Assembly: GCA_946965045.2 (NCBI GenBank)
Contig: OX337235.1
Coordinates: forward strand, 2,852,001-2,916,000
Reading direction: 5' to 3'
DNA: 64,000 nt
DNA from: Epithemia pelagica
Taxonomy: Eukaryota > Protista > Bacillariophyta
Shown: in pieces, positions 22,845 through 32,396 of the stretch
Layout of the letters: each line of letters opens with the position of its first letter
Position numbering within the stretch: the stretch's first letter is position 1
Notes under the pieces: model-generated
The model's database searches: none
What the model was told of the DNA's origin: nothing
What the model saw: only the letters and a program-made list of their open reading frames with translations
Translations under genes and position numbers: made by a program

Positions 22845-25800
22845 TCCCGATCCATCACCGTAAGAATCGGTGCAGTGGTGAATAGCAACGACGGCACGTG
22901 TCGGACGGAGCTAGATAACCATGCAGACACATGTGTGGTCGGTAATAATGTTCTTATTTTAACGGACTATGATCGTCCTGTGAACGTTAGCGGGTATGAC
23001 GAGTCGAAAGGGACGATGCATCGTTCATGTCCTACCGTCAGTGCCGCTGTGGCTTATGATTGCCCGTATACTGGTGAGATGGTCATCTTCATCCACCAGG
23101 CCGTCTACATCAAGAGTATGTCGAATAATTTGTTGTGTCCCATGCAGATGCGGCTTAATGACGTCAGGCTTTCGGAGTGCCCGAAGTTCCTGACTGACCG
23201 TGCCCATCTCACGGATGACCATCATTCTCTCGTTGTCACCAATGACAACGACGACACGATCCTGATTCCCTTTGAACTCCATGGAGTCACAAGTTTCTTC
23301 TATACCCGCAAGCCTACCCACGAAGAGTTTTCTGCCGCCGATCGCGTCTTTCATCTCACCGCCGATGAACCCCGTTGGAATCCCCATTCCAAATCCTTTT
23401 CTCGCCAGGGACGGCGAATGCTCGACAAACGTGGCTTACTCCACGATCCTCCAATGCCCCTTGGCGCAGGGGGACCTGTTTCGGTCGCCTCAGTACATGC
23501 CATTGACCTCGATGCCCCAAGTGGTGGATTGGTGGATGAACTGGGAGACGGACATGCCCGATTTGACTCCGTCCTTGAAATGAACGTTGCAGTGGTCAAG
23601 TCCAACCAGTCTGGTGGTGCTATCAAGGCCAATGTGTTGGCCAAACGATGGGGTTGTGGTGTGGACCAAGCGGCCAGGACACTCCAAGTGACGACCCAAC
23701 GAGGAGTCCGATCCGTCCTCCATCCAACCCTGTCAAGACAATACGCCACAAATGACCGAATGCTCCGATATCGACGACTTGGAACGACCATGTTCTCAGA
23801 CACCATGTTCTCCGAGACAAAGAGTCTTGACGGCCACAAATGTGCTCAAGTCTTTGCTGCCAGAAACGGATGGACCAGGGCGTATCCAATGAACAACAAG
23901 AGCGAGGCACATGAAGCTCTATCGCTCCTCTTCCAACGAGAGGGAGTCCCACATGAGTTGATTGTAGATGGTGCCTTGGAGCAAATAAAAGGCCGATTCC
24001 AACGCAAGGCAAGAGAGGCAGGTTGTTACATGAAACAGTTGGAGCCGTATACTCCATGGGCGAATGCGGCCGAAAGCGCAATTCGCGAACTCAAACGTGG
24101 CGCGGGAAGGAAAATGCTCAAGGAACAAGTACCGAAACGACTCTGGGACTATGCTTTGCAATATGAAGCACACGTCCGCTCCCTTACCTGTCATGACCAC
24201 TTCGAATTGAACGGTCAAGTACCAGAGACAGTGGTGCTCGGAGAGACAGCCGACATCAGCCTCTTCTGTGAGTTTGGCTTCTACGACTGGGTGTACTTTC
24301 GCGACACCTCACAGCCTTTTCTGGAAGATAAAGAAGTCCTTGGCCGATACTTGGGGCCAGCACAAGATGTGAGCCCAGCCAGGGCTGCTGTAATCATCAA
24401 AGAAAATGGTCAGAGGGTAATTCGATCTACCTTTAGGCGCTTGACGCCTGATGAACTCGCCTCTCCAACAGAGGAATCAAAGCGACGTACCTTTGACAAG
24501 AACCTCCGCGACAAGATCGGATCCATCACCATTGAATCCGACCTTGTCTGCTTGGGTGTGGAAACACCAACGTATCAAGCCTATGACGACGACGACGACG
24601 ACGGTGGTGTCGGTGAAACCCCAGACATCGACGATGCCACACCAGAAGAAGGAGACATGTACCTGGGAGCCGAAGTAACGCTGCCCCAGGGTGACAAAAT
24701 GGTTGCTGGCAAGGTCCGTCGACGCAAACGCAACAGCTCCGGTGAATTGTTTGGTCGATCCCACCGCAACCCGATGCATGACACTCGAATCTATGAGGTC
24801 GAGTTCCCAGACGGTGAGGTTTCAGAATATGCTGCCAACACCATTGCCGAAAACATGTTCATGCAATGTGATGCATCTGGCAACCAATATCTGCTGCTGG
24901 ACGAAATCATTGACTACCGCAAAGATGCAGACGCGGTGGCAATGGCTGATCAATATGTCGTGATCTGTAGTAGACAGTATCCTCGCAAAACTTCAAAGGG
25001 ATGGCGCCTTTGTGTACAGTGGAAGGATGGATCCACATCGTGGGAACGTCTTGCAGGACTCAAGGAATCTTTTCCAGTCCAGATTGCAGAATATGCCGTA
25101 GCACAGGGCATAGATCATGAACCTGCGTTCTCATGGTGGGTCCGCCCTTATCTCAAGAAGAGAGACCGTATAATTAAAGCCGTCTCCAGTCGCTACCAGA
25201 AAGCCCGCTTTAAATTCGGTATTGAAGTCCCAAATACGGTTGAAGAGGCTTACCAACTGGATGAGAAAAATGGCAACGACTATTGGAGAAAGGCCATCGA
25301 AAAGAATATCCGAGTTGGTTTCAAATTCCTAGCGGATGACGACCCCATACCCCCCGGATATCAACAGATTGACTGTCATATGATTTTCGACGTCAAGATG
25401 GAGGATTTTCGACGTAAAGCGCGCCTGGTCGCTGGGGGACACAAAACCGAAGCGCCAGCCACGCTTACGTACTCTAGCGTGGTTTCAAGAGAAAGTGTTT
25501 GCATTGCCCTCACAATTGCCGCGCTAAACGACCTTGAAGTTAAGACAAGTGACATTCAGAACGCATACCTTACGGCACCCAACGCAGAAAAGATCTGGAC
25601 AGTTCTTGGAGCAGAATGGGGACAACAGGCCGGTCAGAGGGCTATAATCGTTCGTGCACTCTACGGGTTAAAGTCGGCTGGGGCAAGCTTTCGCAACCAC
25701 CTAGCAGCTTGCATGCGTACCCTTGGGTACCAGTCTTGTTACGCGGATCGGGACTTGTGGCTCAAGGCGTCCGTGCGTCCTTCCGATGGACACGAGTAGT

Positions 25801-26927
25801 ACTCATATGTCTTGTTATATGTGGATGACTGTCTCGCAGTTTCACACGATGCACGCTCGCTACTCGACGAAATAGATAACTTCTTCCAGATGAAGGCCGG
25901 CTCGATTGGGGACCCCGATATGTATCTTGGGGGAAAACTGAAAGAAATGGTGCTACCTAATGGAGTAACGGCATGGGCCATGAGTTCCAGTAAATACGTG
26001 CAGGAAGCGACAGCCAACGTGGAAAAGTTCATCAATGCTGAAATGGATGGACACAAGCTGAATAAGAGGGCAGCAACACCGATGCCGACTGGATATGATC
26101 CCGTAATGGACACGAGTCCAGAACTGACGGGCAAGCTCGCCAACTTCTACCAGTCGCAACTCGGAGTCTTGCGGTGGATTGTGGAGTTGGGGCGGGTAGA
26201 TATCATGACGGAAACATCGCTTTTAGCCTCCCAAGTCGCTTGTCCACGTGAAGGGCATCTTGATGCCGTACTCCATATGTATGCGTATCTCAAGGTCAAG
26301 CATAACGCCAGGATGGCGTTTGACCCGACATACCCTAAACCTGACATGAGTGGATTCAAGACCGATTGCCCATGGAAGGAATTTTATGGGGATGTCAAGG
26401 AGGCAATACCTCCCAATGCTCCGACGCCACGAGGCAAGGAGATCGACATGCAACTATACGTCGATTCGGATCATGCTGGGGACAAGAATCTACGACGCTC
26501 GCGAACGGGTTTTCTAATTTATCTCAACATGTCGCCCATTGTGTGGTACACGAAGCGGCAAGCAACCATTGAGACGTCAGTGTTCGGAGCGGAGTTTGTT
26601 GCAATGAAGACCGGTGTGGAAGCTGTCCGAGGTCTGAGATATAAGCTGAGGATGATGGGCATTCCAGTGTCCGGACCAGCGCTCGTCTATGGAGACAATA
26701 TGAGCGTGATTCACAATACCCAACGGCCTGAATCCGTCCTCAAGAAGAAGTCGAATTCAATATGCTACCATGCGGTACGCAAATCTGTGGCAATGGGAGA
26801 ATGTTTGACGACACACATCCCAACGACAATGAATCCAGCCGATGTTGCAACAAAGGTCCTGCCAGGTGGGCAGAAGCGTGATCATCTGTTAGGTCTAATC
26901 ATGTATGACCTGACAGATCATGATTGA
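22845..26927 (+). pseudogene. pol: Copia 2 pol with a premature TAG at 25797-25799
   Basis: PR ELDNHADTCVVG; IN DTMF / VDGALEQ / NAAESAIRE; RT CHMIFDVK..RRKARLVAGGH, DIQNAYL, (stop)YSYVLLYVDD; RH YVDSDHAGD, GAEFVAM, GDNMSV, NPADVATK. Confidence 0.9.
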
Positions 26928-27061
26928 GACGTCCAATGCATCAGTTCCGTCCACTCGAGGAGTGGTTTCAGCAGGTTAGACGGTTCCCTTCGTTTTTACA
27001 AGAATACAACTGATGCACCCATTCAACAAACGGAAATATGGTATGTTCCGTTTGGGGGGAC

Positions 27062-27400
27062 TAAGCAAAGTGTGCAGCAGTCGCACATAGAGGAGACAGA
27101 TGGACCTAGATATCATAATTTTCAAAAGAACAGTTTTACCACTCGTATGCACGAGTGCATATGACTTTGCTGACATAAACCATGAAAACGTCTGGAGTCT
27201 GGAAGGTCGATACAAAGTCCTTCGTTGAAGGCAAGACCGACGACATTCCAAAGTGCCTTGGAGAGACCTCGTGACATTATTTTTTGTGTTTCGTCGGGGT
27301 ATCTTTTCGCCACACACTTCATAACAAAATACCGCCGGGGAAACCGTAGATGAGTCTTGCATCGTTGCCATGATCAACAGGCTGCTCCGTTTGCTCCATA
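27062..27400 (+). repeat. Putative 3' LTR of copia 2 (TA...TA termini)
   Basis: Starts directly after the PPT; both boundaries are independently defined by the copies at 19443-19696. Confidence 0.7.
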
Positions 27401-27401
27401 A

Positions 27402-28537
27402 CCCTCCGACTAGATGTCCGCTTCTTAGCTCGTCTGTTCGGGCAAGACAAACCCAATCTCACAGACAAAAAAATGAATGGAAATTTCACATCCATCGGTG
27501 GAAAGGCTGGCGTGCTGTGACAGTTGGAAGATGGCAGGCGTTCTGCTCAACAAGACTCAAAATAGTGTTCTCGGTGGGTTCACAGTTCACATGCCACAAA
27601 ATCGATGCAGGCAACGAAACCAGGCAATGACCAAACCAACACCAAAAACGGCATGCTTCGTCCCTGGGCATCTCATCTCATCTTTGTCACTGCACATCCA
27701 GCATGGTAAGTTCTGGAATGACTAATAGTTGCATTGGAATGGACAATGTTTAGTTTTAGGCTCTCACTACGTTGCCATAGTGTGTCATTTGTTTGTGCCT
27801 AATAACATCCATTTTGGTCGATGCTGCTGGCATCATTTATAGGATTCTTATAGGACAAAATAGAGCTATAGACCTCAATTAGGAGTAGATAGGATAAGTG
27901 GAGGAAGCTATCCATTTTTCCTCTGTCGTCTCTAGTCGATTGTGATGTCGACCTGCTCCTCTTATTCTTTTTTTATTGCCATGAGCATGACATGTCTTTC
28001 CCAGCAGTGCAGGGGACTCTACACTCAACATACTCCATAACGGAACTCGAAAGAAACGTATTCTAAAATAGGACTGTAGTAAGTCAAGTGGTTGCAAAGA
28101 GACAAGCCTACGGCAACGGCACGGTGTTGTGGAGGAGGGTTCACTTTTAAACGGACACTAACACTAGAAACAACCACACTTCTCCTAGAAAAAACAAAGA
28201 AAGGATGGAGGTAGAGCGAAACAATATCTATAGTCTATATGTCAAATGTCCATGGTGTGCAGATGATGGAGAATGCATTGTGATGGTGCATGTCCATTGT
28301 CCATGTCAAAAGGTGCGTGGTGAAAATAATGTGGAACAATCAAGAATGGGGAAGACCAACGGTCAAAGTGCGCACGCCTGCTCACGGAATTTTGAAAGTG
28401 TGATCCAGAAGGCCGGCGTGGTCTTTTTCATTTTGACCAGAAATTTTCTTCTAAAACGCAAAAAAACCAAAATAAAAATGGTTGGTCGCGGAGAGCGGCT
28501 GGGGGGCTAAGAAGCGGACACCTACCTAGTCGGAGGG
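27402..28537. mobile_element. 1.14-kb non-autonomous TIR element with CCC...GGG ends
   Basis: Left CCCTCCGACTAGATGTCCGCTTCTTAGC; right GCTAAGAAGCGGACACCTACCTAGTCGGAGGG; flanked by AA/AA. Confidence 0.75.
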
Positions 28538-28643
28538 AAAACGTCTGGAGTCTGGAAGGTCGATACCGCAACTCTGCAGCAAATCGGAACGGTCTGTTTT
28601 GTCCGTCCGATGCAATAGTGTTCAACACCAGTTCGTCTACGTA

Positions 28644-29066
28644 ATTTGCGCATTCCTGTCCCCCCTATAGTCCTGTCCCCCCCACTCCCCTTAAACGTAC
28701 ATGGCCCCCTAACTTTTTATCTGTAGGTTCTTTCTGGGCTTATGGGTTACCCCCACATTCCTCACGTTCCGAGCTTTCTATCACACTGCCTGACATTACA
28801 TGGGAGTGAATCAAAGAGGAGAAACAAGAGATAAAGCATGATGGGTATTATGATTAGGGTTAAGGCTACGAATTGAAGCATGGTCTTTCCCCTGAATGGA
28901 ATTGTGCGACCAAACCTTCTCTACAACCCCGAGGTTGAAAATTAATTTACTAAGAAATGAATTGTAGGGTGTGAATGGAATCTTAAGAAAAATTATCCAA
29001 AATTGCGTAGTCCTGTCCCCCTCCTCTTAATTTTTGTACATTCCGGGGGGACAGGAATGCGCAAAT
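28644..29066. mobile_element. MITE-like 423-bp element with 22-bp perfect inverted repeats
   Basis: ATTTGCGCATTCCTGTCCCCCC (28644-28665) and GGGGGGACAGGAATGCGCAAAT (29045-29066); extra TCCTGTCCCCC copies inside; no clear TSD. Confidence 0.6.
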
Positions 29067-29450
29067 GGTAGTAAAATCCGATTTCATAAACCCCAAGACG
29101 AGAGACAACATGGTGTGCAAGCAAAAAGTGATGTCCGAACAGACGGGGGCGTTTGGAAAAAAGGAGCTGCCGCGTACTCGAAGTCCCCAGACCCCCATGT
29201 CCTACCAATACCAAGCCCCCAAGAGCAAAGAAGGGTCACAAAATTTTATATTGCCCCTAGCCCCCAATGCAACACACAGTCCACCATACGAGCTGGTAGG
29301 GTAGTGAGTTATAGTATATGTACAGAAAGTAATACTCTTCAAGAGGGGGGCGTCGTGTGAATAATGAGACGACTCGAAAAAGAAAAGCTAAGTTCACCTA
29401 CCTAGTTGAGGGTAGGAGGTAGACAGAGTCAGGTTGTTAATCCAAACTGG

Positions 29451-30117
29451 TAGAGGTGGCTCCAGCGGTGAGCGGACGCGCAGCTCCAGCGCTGGAGCTC
29501 CAGCGCTGGAGAAACTCCAGCAAAGATTTTCTGTTGCGAGAAAAGAGCGCTACATTGGTCGCCGTTCTCTGTGACTGTTGCATGTCATTCATTTGCTCCG
29601 CACTGGTCATTGCTGACCCTGTGTCATTCATTTGCTCCACACTTCCTTCCACAATGTCTGATTACAATGATGATGATGACTCATCAAAGGTGGAAGAGCT
29701 TGATATGGATGGCAGTCAATGATACAACAAGATTCACGGATCCTTTGGCGTCATGGTGGAAGATGAAAGTAAGTGAATTTCCCAACATTTGGCGCCTAGC
29801 GAGAAAATATCTTGCGTTGCCTGCGACTGCTGCCTCTTCTGAAGGGGCATTCAGTATTGCAGGACTGATCATATCTGCGAAACAAGCATCACTGGACCCT
29901 TCCACCGTTACAGATTTACATTTTTTACGTGAGAATTGGGAACATGTGTTCTCACCATAAGATAGATTCACTAGGAGTAGCTTCTAGCTAAGCATTTTCA
30001 TCCTGGTAGCATAGGTAGTCTTTTCTCCAGCTGGAGGCGCTCACCTAGCTCCAGCAGAGACGTCTCCAGCGCTTACCTAGCTCCAGCAGAGATGAGCTGT
30101 TGCTGGAGCCACCTCTA
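29451..30117 (+). mobile_element. Internally deleted hAT transposon
   Basis: TIR TAGAGGTGGCTCCAGC at both ends, perfect 8-bp TSD CAAACTGG (29443-29450, 30118-30125), subterminal CTCCAGC repeats, and hAT C-terminal dimerisation domain (WWK..SEFPNIWRLARKYLALPATAASSEGAFSIAG). Confidence 0.95.
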
Positions 30118-30160
30118 CAAACTGGATGTAGAGTACTCCTAGGAGTAAAAAATAAAAAAT

Positions 30161-30244
30161 CCCTCCGACTAGATGTCCGCTTCTTAGCTCGTCTGTTCGG
30201 GCAAGACAAACCCAATCTCACAGACAAAAAAATGAATGGAAATT
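30161..30244 (+). repeat. Second copy of the left end of the 27402-28537 element
   Basis: 84 bp identical to 27402-27485. Confidence 0.85.
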
Positions 30245-30600
30245 GAGTAAGACGACGCGAACCCGGCGAAAAGAAGCTTCGATAGATTCGATCGGGCAAG
30301 ACTGTTTTTACTCACCGTTTTTCGATATGTGTTTATGGCTCGGGTCCATGGCTTTGTGAGATCTGATCACATGAGACCAAAAGTCGTTGCTTTTGGCTCT
30401 CCTCCTCTGATGCCCTCTGATTTGGCGGAGGCAATCGTCGCCATCTATAAGTATACAAGTAACTTGCATCTCATAGGAAGGAAATAATATTATGGTGTAG
30501 AAGGAGGATGGGCTATGGACTATGGGCTTATCCAGTTCTTCTTCTTTTTCACGGAGGGATCGAATAACAACAGGGATACAAAAAAGAGACGCTGTGTTGC

Positions 30601-31090
30601 CAGGGTGACCGGAGTCTAATTATACCCCCACTTTTAGACCCGGTCTAAAAGGGTATAATTCTTTTAGACAGAGGTCGAGTCTAAAATAAAATTTTTAGAC
30701 TCTTAACCTTAACCCTTCAGTAGCGCCGCCACCACTTCGTGACTAGGAGACCGTTCTGCCTCATTCATCTCAATGCCATCGCAATGAACAAAGAAAGGTC
30801 TCTGTTATCCTCTCTCATGCTTAGAGAGTGCAAGAACAATGTTATCCATACCATCCAATAACTTAGATGATGAAGCTATGAGGTCCTCTGGATGTGTTGT
30901 CATAGACAATGCTCGCTCCTAGTAGCTGGCTGTCTAGGGTTAGGGTTATTGCTTCGCCGTACAAAACCACGGAGAGATTTTAGACCCTGTTTTAGACATT
31001 TTATACAGTCTAAACGTACTTGTAGATTTATTTTAGACCCGAAATATTTTAGACTGTCTAAAGTGTTGCCCATTATTATTTGAATCACCA
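30601..31090. repeat. Putative non-autonomous element with clustered TTTTAGAC/GTCTAAA motifs
   Basis: About 11 motif copies in two terminal clusters; boundaries approximate. Confidence 0.5.
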
Positions 31091-31467
31091 GTGTCGCTTT
31101 CGTTTCCGAATCGAATGAGTTTGTTTTTCTTTTCAGCAGTCAGCGACCAAGAGTGGTCGTGAACCCGACCAACCAAGCCTTTATCATTTATCAGAGTTCT
31201 CCAACGAACACCGAAAAGGGCGAGGTACTTTCGGTTGGATGCGGTCCATAAACAGAAACGAGTCCCTACAAGACTGATACAGGTGAAAACAGAATGATTT
31301 GGCCGCTGAAAGTGTCAAGCTTTTCGAACAAAATGTCCTGAACTCGGATGCAATGGCCGGTGTTCTACTTCCCAACCAGAAATCTGTCCCTAGCATCGGA
31401 CTCACTTCGAGTATGGCAACTAATCTATAGATCGACCTCTACCTCTACCCCACCGTACTCGTAAAGC

Positions 31468-31499
31468 TACTCGTACTCGTACTCGTACTCGTACTCGTA
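31468..31499. repeat. (TACTCG)5 microsatellite
   Basis: Direct reading. Confidence 0.8.
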
Positions 31500-32396
31500 G
31501 CTAGAGATACGAACGAATAATCGGAGAGTAGGTACTCGTTAGTCATAGAGTACTCGTATCCTGAGTATTCTGTATTCTGTTGTGTCAAACAGGAATAATC
31601 CTTAAGCCTTTAACGGAAGAATCCAAAATCCGAACTCCTTACTTAACTACCTTTACCACTCGTTGTCCTACCCTTCCCCACTCACTGAAGACTCACTGAG
31701 GAGTAAGTCACTCCCCACACTCACACTACCTAAAACCCCAAAAATTACTGTACTTAGATGTTTTATTCTAGTGTAGATCGTGGTCGGGTCGCGAGTCGCG
31801 AGAGGAGTGGGGGATGGGAAACATTGACTCTAAGTATTCTGTCACACTATGGATGCAAGAAGCATGCCTCGGAGTTTGATTGGCATGCAATAACTGTGAG
31901 ATAAATGATACTTCGACATAAAGCGTTATAAATCATCCGATAAAATCGGATGAGGTCACTTAAGTGACGGGGTTAATTACAAACATTTAAAGATTACCTA
32001 GTGCCCCATCGAAAGTAGGGCAAGCTTAATTGTGTAACACTAATTAGGATCACGACTACTAAGTATCCATTGAGAGAACCGATCACTTAGGAAGACCGAA
32101 GATTACCTTGGGTGCGCTGGCACGACTCCTCGTGACACAGGAAGCTAACATACTTTAATAGCCCCGGGGGACTCCTCGTCGCGGGGCGCCCCTCGTGGCT
32201 TAACTCCTCGTCGGGCAATAGCTAAGAGACGCCCCTTCAATCATGGTCATCACACCCAAAAGGGCGCATGGCCTTTGGCTTCGTCCCACGAGACATTCCG
32301 TGACACTCATGATTCATGATAGACCCCAAGATTTCAACTTCCGCCAACCAGTGACATTCATTCCTTTTCATTCATTTTGTGATCTCAGCAGCAACC

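Larger units (their letters stand above)
21387..27400 (+). mobile_element. Ty1/copia LTR retrotransposon 2 (ELDxHADT-protease CoDi type), defective; no intact 5' LTR next to gag
   Basis: gag-PR-IN-chromo-like-RT-RH order; G-rich PPT (TTTGGGGGGAC) then a 339-bp putative LTR. Confidence 0.9.

Noticed and set aside
25797-25799. TAG before the RT YVDD motif as a second readthrough site
   Set aside because: It falls inside the RT domain where Tyr is expected (one change from TAC), and a nearby apparent 3-codon deletion also indicates decay.
31945-31975. Possible hammerhead ribozyme (CGGATGAG-stem-GGGG)
   Set aside because: The core needs CUGAUGA and GAAA; at least four invariant positions differ.
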